A stretch of 62,913 bases of DNA, filler included, from Globobulimina sp. (Eukaryota): NCBI GenBank assembly GCA_003354225.1. It is 44 parts of 44 records of this genome, joined end to end, with 100 filler letters (N's around TTAATTAATTAA, not from the genome) between each part and the next. Parts side by side here need not be neighbours in the genome. Positions count along the whole stretch, not along the records: positions 37,252 to 38,583 come from PIVH01018509.1; positions 38,684 to 40,015 come from PIVH01018510.1; positions 40,116 to 41,447 come from PIVH01018511.1; positions 41,548 to 42,879 come from PIVH01018512.1; positions 42,980 to 44,310 come from PIVH01018513.1; positions 44,411 to 45,741 come from PIVH01018514.1; positions 45,842 to 47,172 come from PIVH01018515.1; positions 47,273 to 48,603 come from PIVH01018516.1; 36 more parts are not named here. One strand, written 5' to 3'. How positions within the stretch are numbered: position 1 is the stretch's first letter; each line of letters opens with the position of its first letter. The position numbers and the translations under genes are program-made. The notes beneath the pieces were generated by a model. It was given only the letters and a program-made list of their open reading frames with translations, had not been told where the DNA came from and did not search any database. Positions 37,252 to 50,737 of the stretch are shown here, one piece after another.

Positions 37252-38583
37252 CGCAGTGGGAAAAATTGAAATCCCTCAAAAAGAGAAACAGTAAATATTG
37301 GCATATGTCAAAAATTCTCAGGGAAACAGTGGAATGTTTTGGATCAACCGGAGTGTTGAAATACGATGGCGATGAATTAGTGAGCGGTGAACGGGGTCCA
37401 TTTTATTGTGGAATGGGTGTTGTTTTAGAAGTCCATCAGTTTGTGATTAGATTCAATGGTCCTGTTTCTACATCGAAACACAAGGAAATAGCTATGAGAT
37501 TAGCTGATAAAAAAGGTATCGTATTAAGGTTGCACAATGACTCTAAACCTTACCGCAAGACACGTTTCTTTGATTCTTCGTGGTTGAGTAAATTCGTAGA
37601 GGAAAATGAGAGATTATTCTTTGGCAACAGCCATTGCCTTCAAATAGGTACTGTTAGAAATATGGTAACCAAGAAAAATTATGAGAAATTTATTCATGCC
37701 TATTACATTCTGGATTGTGTATTCAATGGAATAGCACCTGATGACAAGTCATTTAACATTCCTTTTACAGTGCAAGAAATTGTAAACAAGGCAGTTGCGC
37801 ATCAATTAGATGGTACTCCGTCATCTATTGATTCATACATAACAAACACATTTAAAATGTATTGCATGGCCAAATCTCAAGTGACAATCAATTTATATCA
37901 TTTAAAAAGATTTTATGCGCCATTTTCCCATATTATTACCGATAATATTGATGATATCCAAATGTTTGCGAGCAAAAATATAATGGACGATCGCGAGGAT
38001 AGTCAGCACATAAATTTGCTAAATTTTCAGAAAGTGTATAAATTATTTCCAAATATTCAAAATATTCAAATTTGTTCAACTACCAAAAATGGAAAATATT
38101 CATATCCATTTAAGTTATCATCGTTGCTGTCGTTAATATCTCCAATTCTCAAATTGAAATTGATTGTAATCACAGCCAGCTGGCATGGCGATGATGATGC
38201 CGTCGATACAGACGCCGACACCTCAGATGAAGAAAAATCTGATGAACCTAAGACCATCCAAACAAAATGTCAATATAAAAAACCATATGTATTGTTTTCA
38301 AATCATGATTTTAAAAAAAGATTATTGATCATCGAGGTGGCACTGCAACTCATCAAAGTATACAAAGTCGGTAAAAATAAACAACGAACTCTCGAAACAC
38401 AGATTTCAGCAAAAAAGGCAAAAATTAATGTTAAAACTGTTAAAAAGAAAAGAAAATGCATTGTAATCACTGCCAAGAGGAAGGAGCACACATTTTATTT
38501 GAATGCCGCAAATATGCATGAAACTGTGTTAAAAGCTATGAATTCTGCGGTTAATTTCTCACAGAAAACGAAGACAGCCAAAA
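37252..38583 (+). CDS. ADP-ribosyltransferase-like domain protein with PH-like C-terminal domain, fragment
   Basis: FYCG...GPVSTS...A...A...G....L...S.F.EENERLF follows the R-S-E ART pattern; basic beta-rich tail ending in a helix. Confidence 0.55.
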
Positions 38584-38926
38584 NNNNNNNNNNNNNNNNN
38601 NNNNNNNNNNNNNNNNNNNNNNNNNNNTTAATTAATTAANNNNNNNNNNNNNNNNNNNNNNNNNNNNNNNNNNNNNNNNNNNNTTAATTTGTTGTTTTTG
38701 TTGTCTGTATTTGTAATATTGCACGATACGTGTTGTTGCGTGCTATGTGTGCAAGGATAGCAAGGATGCAGCTGTCCGTTATTATGAGTTGAATCCAGCT
38801 ATTATAAAAATAATCTAAATCTGTTGAATTATGATAATTATCACTAAGTGTAGCAAAATCCCCATCACTAAATAAAAGGAAAAAACCTCCACAACAAAAA
38901 TCGTTTAACTACGCGGATCAGATACA

Positions 38927-39682
38927 ATGCTGTTCTCACACAATGTGTTGTTGTCGTTTTCTTATGTGTTGTTAGTATTATCACTTGATCGGATCATGCA
39001 ACATCAACAAGCATTTTCATTAAAATACTTTATCGTTTGTTACAATGTTTTACAAATCGCATTAAATGTATACATGATTTATGGATTATTTCAGCCATTT
39101 GTACAGATAACAAATCCATTTTTATTTAATACCGCGCCATCAAATGAAACAACTTATTTTGTGTACATTCATATGATAAGCAAATTAATTGATTTTGTAG
39201 ACACAATAATAATTGTATTGAAGAAGAAATCCGCCAAACAATTAACATTTTTACATGTATTTCATCATAGTACTATTGGTATGATTTGGTGTTATTTAGT
39301 AACGAATGGTTATGCATTTGGGACAGTCTCTTTTGGCGCATTGGTTAATTCATTCGTTCACTGTTTAATGTATACACATTATTTAATGGCATCGCTAAAA
39401 ATAAAGCATCCATTTAAAAGATACGTGACTGTGATACAAATGGCACAGTTTGGATTATTAATTTTGCACAGTATTTTAGTTCCGTTTGTTGAACATGTAA
39501 ATAAGGCACCGTGGGCATTGCAACTTTGCTACCAAGTAATTATGCTCTTATTATTCAGCAATTTCTCAAAAGCAACCTATGGCAAAGGAAACAAAAGTAG
39601 CAAAGCAGCAAAAATGAGTATTTGGCTTTCATCCCATTGCTTCGTCTTTTATTTATCTTTTAAAAATAACATAAATTTGTAA
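38927..39682 (+). CDS. Fatty acid elongase (ELO/GNS1/SUR4 family), intronless
   Basis: SKLIDFVDT, FLHVFHH, NSFVHCLMYTHY and TVIQMAQF motifs. Confidence 0.95.
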   Translation: MLFSHNVLLSFSYVLLVLSLDRIMQHQQAFSLKYFIVCYNVLQIALNVYMIYGLFQPFVQITNPFLFNTAPSNETTYFVYIHMISKLIDFVDTIIIVLKKKSAKQLTFLHVFHHSTIGMIWCYLVTNGYAFGTVSFGALVNSFVHCLMYTHYLMASLKIKHPFKRYVTVIQMAQFGLLILHSILVPFVEHVNKAPWALQLCYQVIMLLLFSNFSKATYGKGNKSSKAAKMSIWLSSHCFVFYLSFKNNINL

Positions 39683-39768
39683 ATGTGAAAAAAACTTATA
39701 ATTTTTATATTTTAATATTTTAGTTTCAATCTAGAAACTGTTTGTCTTGGGTTTATTCTGTGTTTGTT

Positions 39769-39858
39769 ATAACTTTGTCTTTGGTTTGCAAATCCAGAAC
39801 AAAGTCAGAACAAATTTATAATTGAACCAAATGTATACAAAGGTGGGGTTATCCAAAC
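39769..39858. repeat. Interspersed repeat, copy 2 (copy 1 at 22932..23021)
   Basis: Same ~90-bp element as at 22932..23021. Confidence 0.9.
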
Positions 39859-40604
39859 AGGAGCTTTAAAAATTAAAAGCATGTCACTTTTTCAGTCTCC
39901 ATATCAAAACATTTTTGGGTACACTATGTTTTGCTATCAAAAAAACAATATCCACTTCCACTGTTTTTCTCTGAAAAAACAAATAGACAAACAATATATT
40001 TACTGTTTAGCCACTNNNNNNNNNNNNNNNNNNNNNNNNNNNNNNNNNNNNNNNNNNNNTTAATTAATTAANNNNNNNNNNNNNNNNNNNNNNNNNNNNN
40101 NNNNNNNNNNNNNNNGTAAAAGTTTGTCCGAAGAACCTCACTCGAAAACTTTCAGCTTTCGATAAGGTCGCAAACTTTGTTTGTCAACCGTGAGATCGCG
40201 CAAGATATTTTTGGGAAAAACATCGTGCGGCAATAATTAACATTAAATTGCTTTTTTCGGTGATAATGAACAAAATGATTTATTTACGCTGCTTTTAATC
40301 TTAAACACAATGTAGTCGTGTCACGAAAGTAAAGTTTTGAAGAAGATTTATTTCAGCGCTACTAGTAAGTGGCATTTTATTTTTTTATTTTAAAGCATTT
40401 AAAAATGAAAGTAATGGAAAAGTCGGATATTATAATATTACAGCTGTAATATTCGATGCCAAATATTACGGAAAGTAATATTATGCATATAATATTATAA
40501 AAACGGGTACGCAAATATTAAAAACATTTCGACTACGGTCAGTAACTAAAAACCACTTCCTAACTACACTAAACATTGAACCTTTAATCAAGCTGCGTCT
40601 ATCA

Positions 40605-41447
40605 ATGGATAAATTGGATCATTACGAATGGATTCAATTTAAGAGTCAATGGATGGCATTGCTTGATAGAAATACTATTTCATCTTTAATTTATCACTAT
40701 TTTCATCACCATAAACCAAAAAATACAAACTACAATTTTGAGATTGTCATGACTTCCGTTGAAAACATTATAAAGTCCCGACCAGAAACAACACAAAATC
40801 ATTCTAAATCCTTTTCAAGTTTAATACAACAAAGCAATTCGTTATCATCTCATCATTCTGACCAATCACAATCATATTCTATTAAACTAAATGAATTACC
40901 AACCGATTTAATTGGTGATATTGCCTCATATTTAGATCAAACAAACTATGCTAAGTTTGAATTATTATGTCGTCAAACCTATATTTCATGCAATAATCCA
41001 TCCACTTTACACACTTTAGATTTACTCAACGTCGCAGTGATTGATTATAACAGATTTTGCGGATTACATGGAAACAAACACCAATCCATTTCCTTTCAAT
41101 CGATTAACAACACTCCGTTTATCGCAGGTTGTGTCCCTCTTTGTACTCAATCACTTCACACAACATAACAATTTCATTAATTTCGCATCCATTACGCATC
41201 CATTACGCATTGAAGAGTTTGACGTCTATGTATTGTATAGATTTTTATCGCATTTCTCTGCGTTGGAAGAGCTGCGATTAATTCAAGTATTTACACAAAA
41301 TCGCCAGAATGATGATGACGATGATATTATCGGTGGTTTATTGCCAAATCTCCGACGATTTTCTGCTATGAATTGTTCCCCGGAGTTAGTGAATAAAATT
41401 ATAAATTTATACGGACATAAATTGGAAGTGCTAATGTTGCTGAATCA
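40605..41447 (+). CDS. F-box-like/LRR protein, frameshifted near 41050
   Basis: LNELPTDLIG.IASYL.......F.L.CR F-box-like motif; LRR-like L..L.L units continue in another frame. Confidence 0.55.
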
Positions 41448-41547
41448 NNNNNNNNNNNNNNNNNNNNNNNNNNNNNNNNNNNNNNNNNNNNTTAATTAAT
41501 TAANNNNNNNNNNNNNNNNNNNNNNNNNNNNNNNNNNNNNNNNNNNN

Positions 41548-42409
41548 GATATGTTTTGGCGAAATGAAAGAGAAAATTAATAAAAATAAAAAGCATAAAA
41601 ATGCAAATAACAATAATTGTGATTTTTTATTGAATATATTATCGGAAGCATTTAATTCGTCGACACGATTAAATTCATATTTATTATGCTTTGATATTTT
41701 AGATTCAATGATGTTAAATATTGATGGTATTAATGTATTAATTAATAATTTTACTCATTTTAATAATTTATCGAAGCGGAAAAAGAAAACAAATTTGTTG
41801 GAAAAATGCATAAATTTAATAAATTCAATCAAAAATAAAAAAGATAAATACAAATATCGTCGGATTTGTTGTATGAAATTATTGCGAAATTTGGCCATGC
41901 AAACCTTGGGCCAAACTATTTTAATTAAATACTTTTTGCCTCCCAATAAATTGCATGATATTATCGATTGGATTGATATCAATGATGAGAGGTTTCTGAA
42001 TATTTATTGCCAATTTCTAAGGAATTTAGGATTTGTTTATCAATTTAAAATTGCATTTGCAAATAATAAACAATTATTAATCAAAATATTTCAGATTATT
42101 ATTGATGAGAAACAAGAAAAGAAATTAAAGAAAATTGAGAATAACGATGATTTTATGAGTTATTTAAAATTAATGTTAGATACAAAACTATCGTTAATGA
42201 CATTGATTTGGTGTTTGATCCATAAAAATAATAAAAATATATTATTTATAAGAAACTTACCATCGCCGTCGTTACAACCATTAATAAAAAGAATTGAAAG
42301 TTTGAATAGAAAGATTGTGTGGAATGACAAATTAAATAATATCCAAATATTATTGAATTCTCTATTGGATAGATGTAAACTTGTAAATAAATTACTGATT
42401 GGTTTATAA
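41548..42409 (+). CDS. Alpha-helical (ARM-like) protein, C-terminal fragment
   Basis: Long ORF with LLRNLA and FLRNLG helices. Confidence 0.5.
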
Positions 42410-43208
42410 AACATTTACAAAACAAGCAAACAAACAATTTGATATATATAAAATCTGTCTCATATTACATTTACGTACTTGTGCATTCGTTGTATTGTTG
42501 TTTGTGTTTCTTATTTTGGTTATTTAAAAAGAGATAATTGGTTTATTGGGTTCTTATCAGTGGTGAAGTGCTAGGTCTCTGTTCATGTATTCGTTGTCTT
42601 TTGATAAGCTCCACAAGAATCAATGATGTAAAATCTAGTCTAGTTTTTTTTCACAAGTTAAAACTAAAAAAATAAAATTTATCTCGATCGTTTTACTCTT
42701 ATATATAGTAAAACAAACTACAAAGCAGTACACATATAATCAAATTGAATATGATTAAATTACAGATCTTTATGGTTTGAAACGGCATCGATTTGAATGG
42801 TTAAAACTCCTTTATCATAAGAAACTTGTTTTCGCTCAATTTGTGCAGTATTATATCCATTTGGAAGTTGAAAATCATANNNNNNNNNNNNNNNNNNNNN
42901 NNNNNNNNNNNNNNNNNNNNNNNTTAATTAATTAANNNNNNNNNNNNNNNNNNNNNNNNNNNNNNNNNNNNNNNNNNNNATTTACGGCGACAAATAAAAG
43001 AATAGGACGACCGACGTCACATGGGGTTTAGACCCCATGTGTAATTTTGTAAATCAATGGTTAGAGATGAAAAAACATTGTTTTGTTCGAAACTATTCCT
43101 ACTGTATGTATTAAAGCACAACAAAAAATTAATTTTTATTTCGGTTAAATAAGATTACATGTTAATAGAGTTTACAATACAAGACAAGTAATACATAATT
43201 GAATCTAA

Positions 43209-44198
43209 TTAACGGTCCGGCTGTGGATTGGAACGGAGCGAATTTGAAGTACTGATGAGGAATGGTTTAACGTCCACTTTGTTAGGGTCCAAATAATTTC
43301 TGCGCAGAGCATATTCAATCATCACCATATGTAAGAAGACGTACTGTTCGGGCCGTTGCACCATGGCCGCTCTCTGTTCTCGAAGTTTAAGTACTGTCCC
43401 AGCGATGTCCACTTTGGGTCCTTCTGGAGTGCGATTAGTATTGTCGAGTCGTCGTGCTAAGATGTCAAGTGCGACCAGGGTACCAGTGCGGCCTACGCCT
43501 GCACTGCAATGCACAACGATTGGATGAGTTTTGTTCGGTCCTTCTGTTAGCCATTCTTTATCGTATGCTTCTTGTTTGAGCTGCTCCAAGTTGTAATTCA
43601 TTTGTTCCATGAAGTTTAGAAGAGTCGTTGAACTGTTTGGGGTACCTTTGTCCGGCCAAGCGTAATAAGTCAATTGAAGTACTCGTCGATTCATATCTCC
43701 TTTGGTCACCTTGAGTGCACTTGCGTCATATGCTTCATTCATGTTCTGTACACGTCGATTCTCCACTGTAATATCTCCATAGGTTTCGGTCATTCCTTGT
43801 GTGGATGGAAAGTAAAGGTTACATTTGGCTCCTCCTAGCTTGGTGAGAGCAATGACAATCAACACCTCTTCTTGCCATATCATTCGCCAGAAATCGTTGA
43901 TCGTTTGAGACAGAGGGCCTTGAGCGCAGATAAACTTGCGTTGACATTCGAATCCGTCCACATAGTTGGCATGAATATAGTCTTGACCTGGTGGTTGAAG
44001 CACTACACGTGTGTCATCGTAGCATTTGATGTCACCCCAACGATTGAGTTCCCGGTTGTTCTGGAAGGCCACTGCCGGCTTGTCTTTGTCTCTTTGGACG
44101 ATGGCTCGAAACTGTTTGATGATCATTGAAAGACTGTTGTCTCGCGCCATACAATCGGCAAAGGCATTCAGGCTCATCGACATACGACCGTCCGCCAT
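43209..44198 (-). CDS. Classical protein tyrosine phosphatase, single domain, complete
   Basis: DYIHANYV, FICAQGPL..T..DFWRMIWQE, WPD loop, VHCSAGVGRTG and Q loop (MVQRPEQY). Confidence 0.97.
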   Translation of the reverse strand: MADGRMSMSLNAFADCMARDNSLSMIIKQFRAIVQRDKDKPAVAFQNNRELNRWGDIKCYDDTRVVLQPPGQDYIHANYVDGFECQRKFICAQGPLSQTINDFWRMIWQEEVLIVIALTKLGGAKCNLYFPSTQGMTETYGDITVENRRVQNMNEAYDASALKVTKGDMNRRVLQLTYYAWPDKGTPNSSTTLLNFMEQMNYNLEQLKQEAYDKEWLTEGPNKTHPIVVHCSAGVGRTGTLVALDILARRLDNTNRTPEGPKVDIAGTVLKLREQRAAMVQRPEQYVFLHMVMIEYALRRNYLDPNKVDVKPFLISTSNSLRSNPQPDR

Positions 44199-44410
44199 AT
44201 TTGTTAGTTAGCCGCCGTTCTGCGTAAATACAAAAACCACAATGAAAGGAACCCACAGCACTTACATATTTGCGCATGTAGTAATCTAAATTTTCCCATT
44301 TTCTAAAGTANNNNNNNNNNNNNNNNNNNNNNNNNNNNNNNNNNNNNNNNNNNNTTAATTAATTAANNNNNNNNNNNNNNNNNNNNNNNNNNNNNNNNNN
44401 NNNNNNNNNN

Positions 44411-45549
44411 AATCGAATCTAATCAATATCTACAAAAATCATGAAATATATACAAAAATCAAACAACACGTCCAATTGGAACAATTATATAACGATTACT
44501 TTCATCAATATCACCAAACAAAGCTTGAAACAGAGAATATAGATTTGGTGGAAATTGAGTCATTGCAACAAAATGTAATCTTATATCGCGATTCTGTGAT
44601 AAAGCACACTTTGAATATATCTGAAATCATTCAACAAGACAAGAAATTGAAAGAGTTACTTATTACAACCATGCATAATGGAACTATTATTGATCAACAT
44701 TTAAATAAGAAATGGATAGATATTATAGATTCAGTCAATGGCTTTGAAACAATAATATCACATTCATTCCAATATAATTGCAAATACAAACAGTTACAAA
44801 ATAAAGAATTGCATTCACTAAAAACGATGCTCGCGCAGGAAAAACGTACGTTGAATGTTTTTAGTATAAAGCAAGAAAACGAAAGCAAAGAAAGAAAATA
44901 TAGATTGCAAATGTTATATGAAAGATTATCGTCTCTGCGAACTAAAATTGTTAACATCAGCGACGAAACACACGAAAAACGAGAGAGTCAAGAAAAAAAT
45001 CATAAAAAATGGATTGATGAAAACATGAAAAATTGGAAGAATAAAAACAAAGAAATTGACAAAGAGAATAAAAATTTGTCAAATAAGTTTAATGAAATAA
45101 AAGATAATGATGGAGCCATTGAAAAAACACATTTGCGACGAATGGCGGTTAAACAGAATGAATTATATGAGCTAGAAACAGAATATACAAACACTGTCAA
45201 GCAGAAATATGATGAATATGCCGATCTAAAACGGCAATATGAAATAAAACAAGGTGAATTATTGTGTATTAAAGATGTTTACAAAAATATAGAAAAAATT
45301 CAAGAAGCGGAATCATTGAAATTAGAGCAACAGAAATTGAGATGGTTATGGTTTTGCTGTGCAATGTTAAAAATTAAGCTAATAAAAGCAAGAAAAACGT
45401 TGCAGTCAAAACATAAAAAGAAAGCTAAAACAGGCAAAAAAGGCAAAAAGAGTAAAAAGGGTAAAAAGAGTGGAAAGGGTAAAAAGAGTGGAAAAGGTAA
45501 AAGCAATGCAAAATCTAAGAAGAAAAAGAAAAAGAAAAAGAAGAAGTGA
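44411..45549 (+). CDS. Coiled-coil flagellar protein, DRC10/IQCD-like, 5'-truncated
   Basis: Long coiled coil with a DRC10-like EY...V.QK..E...L...Y pattern and a KKGKK-rich tail. Confidence 0.5.
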
Positions 45550-45841
45550 TGTGTTTGTATAATAAATATGTTGATGACTGGTATGAACACATTTTGCTTG
45601 ATTCTGCGTTGTTATGTGTTGTACCAATCGGATACTGTGTAAACGATATTCCACAACAATTGACTTTTAGGTTTTGAAGAGTGTTTGACAAAGTTTTTTG
45701 CAGGGGCGCCCTAAATGTAGCGTAATTAATGTAGGTGCAAANNNNNNNNNNNNNNNNNNNNNNNNNNNNNNNNNNNNNNNNNNNNTTAATTAATTAANNN
45801 NNNNNNNNNNNNNNNNNNNNNNNNNNNNNNNNNNNNNNNNN

Positions 45842-47172
45842 ATGCCCCAGAAACAGTTATAGTACAGTGATCCTTCGGTGTATTTGACCAATATGGACAT
45901 GATATTTCAGAATCCTCCAAAACATTTGTGCCACTCGCTGTAATTGACAACATATTTGTTGTTTGTTGTGCAATAATGGTTGAGCCTTTTAATCCCCATA
46001 TTGAATCTGTAGCAGTGATATTGCAGTTTCCTTTTATTGGGCAATAAATCACGGCATTTTCAAGAGTATAAGCCCAGTCTGTGGTGACAGTCAAATTTCC
46101 AGTGTCAGTATTGTTTGCATTTATAATCATATAATAGCCATTGGAGATAGTTTGGCCGTAATTGATGAAGCAATTATTATCTCCCAATGGACAGATAACT
46201 GTCGACGATCTGCATGCATGGCCGCCTGAGATACCATCGCAATATAAATGGCAATCCATATTCGACGGACATACAATTGTTGCCTGAAAACATGCAAACT
46301 CCCGATTACAATTAATGTGACATACAGCATTATCCACACATTCAATGTATCCATATACAAATGCGTAGTCTTTGTCTGCTGACATTTCTGAGCCTGATAT
46401 GATTGGATTCGGCGCATAAACATTACAAATGCTATCTTTATCATCGTAAATGCATTGATATTCATCATTAATATATGAAAATTTGCAAAATTCTGATAAA
46501 CTATGCGTACAATACATAGAGGGAAGATCTAAAGACATGATTTCCTTGGAATTATCCAGTTGGAGGAATATTTGATTAAAAGAATTGAGTGCATAAATTT
46601 GTGTCAATTTTAAACGTCCATTGTATTTCACCAGCACATTGATAAAACAATTTGTGCGCGTTTGATATGTTGGAAAAGGACAATATATTTTTGTTTTGTA
46701 TAAAACATCATTCGTTGCATTCACAAACAAATATCTACCCTCAACATGGGAGGCATTAATTACTGCATAGCCACATGAAGACGCTTCATAACAATAAATA
46801 TGACAATTTGCATTGGATGGACAAATTATTTGTGTTTCCCAACACGAGCGGTCAGCCATACAATGCACATTGCACGCCATATTCTCGTCGCATTTAATAT
46901 ATCCTCTGTTGAATTGATAGTTTATATTCGCAGTGATATTTGAACCGGATATTATTGGGTTTGGTTCGTCAATATTACAGATACTGTCTTGGTAATAATA
47001 AATACATTGAAACTGATTATTAATATATGAGAAGATACAGGAAGACCGCCATGAATCATCGCAATAAATAGTGGGGAGATCGCCATATGAATATGGATTA
47101 TTGAGTGTAGGTTTATGTGTAATATGTAACTGATTAAAAGAATTTAGAGCATATATTTTTATCTGCCCTAAA
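45842..47172 (-). CDS. Cys-rich repeat surface protein, internal fragment
   Basis: Repeated C-x-I-x-C-x4-SC...I-x-CP modules; larger repeat with PNPII.GS and Q.KIYALNSFNQ seen twice. Confidence 0.7.
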
Positions 47173-47272
47173 NNNNNNNNNNNNNNNNNNNNNNNNNNNN
47201 NNNNNNNNNNNNNNNNTTAATTAATTAANNNNNNNNNNNNNNNNNNNNNNNNNNNNNNNNNNNNNNNNNNNN

Positions 47273-48603
47273 GGTGGTGAATTTAGATAATTTTTAATTA
47301 AATGATACAGATATTTATTAAAAGAAATATTATTTGTTTTTCCTTTACATTTACAGCACCAATACGTAATACGTCCATATTGCATATTATTTACATATGA
47401 TTTATGTGCCATTTTTAAACAAATAACGTTATAAATATTCTCATTTAAATGGAATTCATTGACAGTTTGCAGCATCAAATAAGCCATTTTGTCACATTTA
47501 ATAGTGATATTTTCAAATATCATGGATAGCATTGAGAGGCCTCGTCGTTTGAAGAAATGTAAATAATTTTTTAACCAAATCCAAGACTCATTATCTAATA
47601 ACAAATGCTGTTCCACGTAATACTCAAATATCCATTCAATGAGTGTCATTTTTGGATGTTGGCTAATATATTTATTGTAGTCCTCCACTTTTCGCGGCCA
47701 CTCTATCACCAAATTTGTATTTAATCGACGTAGAAAATAACATAGATGGCAGGCAAACCAGGAGGGAAATATCGCATTGACATAATACAAAATTGATTTA
47801 TATTCATTGGTCATAATACAGCCAAACATCCATTCAATGGATCCTTTCTCTGTTTTGTTGAAAGAATTAGTTTTCAACGTCAACAATGAACGTAACTCAT
47901 TCTTGTGATCAATAAACGGCGAATTGAAAAATAAATAACCATAAATCCAATCTAACCAATTATTGTCAGAGTACAATGATAAAATATCGATATTTCCTAA
48001 AAAAATATCCAATAAAGGCAATAATCTCTCTTCTTTTTCTCCAGTTATGCCATTTTTTACTTTTTTCACCTGATTCTTCCATGATAAAATATCGTGTTTG
48101 CTCGGTATATTTGTGTTATCTCCGTCGTCATTCAAGCAATTATATAATGGACATTTTATGCATAAATCTGAAATTAATTTTTGTGTAAAATGCGAGATTT
48201 TATCCGATGAAAAATTCTTGATTTCGTTGATGATAAAATGCAATTTGCCGTGAATGGCATTCTTGTATAACAATTTCCAATATGCATCACTGTCAAATTG
48301 AATATTATTATTAAATGAATCAGTGAATGGCGATCGAAATTTATTCATTACATCTAAAAATTTCAAGGTTATTAAAATCGAGTTGTTGTTATTGCATTCG
48401 GTTTGCGTTTCAATCCAGAATATTTCAGCCACATTCCAGACATATTCGCAGTTTATTAATATCTCGATTTTCTGTTTTAATGTTTTTAATTCATTTGAAA
48501 TTAAATTAAATTGCACTTCGGTCATATTATTTTCTTGCATGGATTCTTTGGTTAACTGACATTCTAATTTCTCTTTCCTTTTTTGTTTATTTTATTTGGA
48601 TTT
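47273..48603 (-). CDS. NUP85: Nucleoporin Nup85, internal fragment
   Basis: W.VAEI.W, YW..LY...IHG, NW..W..G.LFF..P and WFACHL match Nup85 blocks. Confidence 0.75.
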
Positions 48604-48703
48604 NNNNNNNNNNNNNNNNNNNNNNNNNNNNNNNNNNNNNNNNNNNNTTAATTAATTAANNNNNNNNNNNNNNNNNNNNNNNNNNNNNNNNNNNNNNNNN
48701 NNN

Positions 48704-50003
48704 CCGCCATAGCAATTATAAATGACACAGCAAGTATGGCAAATGTAATAATATAAAACGTTTTATTTGATAATTGTTCAACATTTACTTTATATATAAT
48801 ACCAGACAGTGACTGCCTATTTGGTGTAATAACCATTGGATAGCTGAAGGCCAAAGCAGTGGATAAACCGATTCGTACTCCAAATAATAATGTTGAATCT
48901 TGGGGATAATTATTTAATATGTTTGCGTCTACTGAACTGCCAAATGTCCAATAACCTAAAACAGCAATCGTCATATAATAAACTGTAGTTACACCAAATC
49001 CAATCATTATTACACTACACATTCGTTTATCATTACTGTTTAATAATTCATTTGTCAATGAAAATGCTTATATAACAAGACAAGAAATCCAAGTTAAAAT
49101 GTCAATGTTGTTAAAAAAAATCTATGTATCACGCATACTGCACTGAAAAGTAACACATTCTAAAACCAACTGCAAATATAGTCATTTAGAATATGTTACA
49201 GTTATGAATGCGGAGAGTACGTTGTAGTGACAGTTTAATTTGGATGATCTGATACCTAATGGATGAGTCCCAAACGCAAACGCATAGACTGACGTTGCTT
49301 TGACAAAATCAAACAGTTTCGTTGCGTTTGTAAAGTCTAAAAATTCATTCAGCCCACAATCATGATCCACTACCTGTGCATTGCATAAGTTTACAGAATC
49401 ATCATAAAAAAATATAACCACTGAGATTGTGATAAATATGAAGCAAATCAACGCGAACAATGATGTAAAGCGTAAAAAATCCAATTTTTTTAATAGAGAA
49501 CATGGTATAATCAGAATCAGCATAAATACTGTGATCCAAAAACGTCTGTTTAATAATACATTTCTGAATGGATCATCAGGTCTATGGTCAATAAACAATG
49601 CTAATGCGTCTGGCATTAAATCGCCAATAATCACCAAAAATGCACACATTGCACCTAATGTGTTGACAAAAATTGTGACATCAGCAAATATTTGTAATTT
49701 CGGCACTGTGGCTGAACACAAATTAGAATAAGATGAGGTTGGAGTGTGTGTTGCTGAATTATATATAATTCCTGATGTTGTTTGTAATTGAAATGTAAAT
49801 GCGGAGACAATTGAAAATGTGGCGAATAAAATAATGCTCACTATCCACCCAACCTGAGCTGCTGCGTACGGCAAACCCAATACTGCTGCACCAACCATTG
49901 AATTACATAAATTTATAATTGATGATAGTATTGAGGCCTGACCAATATCATGCTCATGATCACCATCAGCAGAGACACTATCACTACTGATATGTGCTGC
50001 CAT
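48704..50003 (-). CDS. SLC38/AVT-type amino acid transporter, 3'-truncated, intron 49067..49255
   Basis: NL.NS.VGA.VLGLPYA, IIGDL, L..L.FTS, FAF..HP and GY.TFG..V..NIL.NY. Confidence 0.93.
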
Positions 50004-50134
50004 TTTGTTATATGATACATTGATTGTTGTCCTCNNNNNNNNNNNNNNNNNNNNNNNNNNNNNNNNNNNNNNNNNNNNTTAATTAATTAANNNNNNNNNN
50101 NNNNNNNNNNNNNNNNNNNNNNNNNNNNNNNNNN

Positions 50135-50737
50135 AAAAATTATAAATAATGCAATTCTTGAATTAAGATAATTTGCTTTCGCAGTAGCAACCGTAGTATC
50201 TATATCAGGATAATTATTATCATCATCACAATGTAGAATTTCCAAATACTCTCCATTTTGGTTACAGCCAGCATATGATTTAGAATTTAATTTAACTGCT
50301 CCCTCACAATTGGCACCACCAAATCCAATCACATGCATTGAGTCAGACGTACAAGTGATATATGTTGAAAAAATGCCGTCTGAATAACTTCCAAAATAAG
50401 GAGCACAGCCAAGAGATTCAATTTCTTCCCACCATGATACTCCAACATCGCCAATAGCGCAACTATCATGCGTTCTAAATTTAATATATGATTTAGTGTC
50501 ACATTGATACTGCGTCACGTCATGACAGCGATATTCTCGATCGTTCTCTTGATCTGCAACGTCACAGTCACTGTCATTATAATAATCCCAATAAAACGAA
50601 ATATGCGTTGCAGCTTCTTCCGCACAACGATGGATTGAAGTATTACAATCACATTCAGCATCGTACGAATTGAGACATTCGATTGGGACACAATAACTGT
50701 TTGCGCTTTGAAATGCAAATAAAACCGGAACAATCAA
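50135..50737 (-). CDS. Secreted Cys-rich protein with hydrophobic C-terminus (possible GPI anchor)
   Basis: Many Cys residues; hydrophobic N- and C-terminal segments. Confidence 0.55.
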
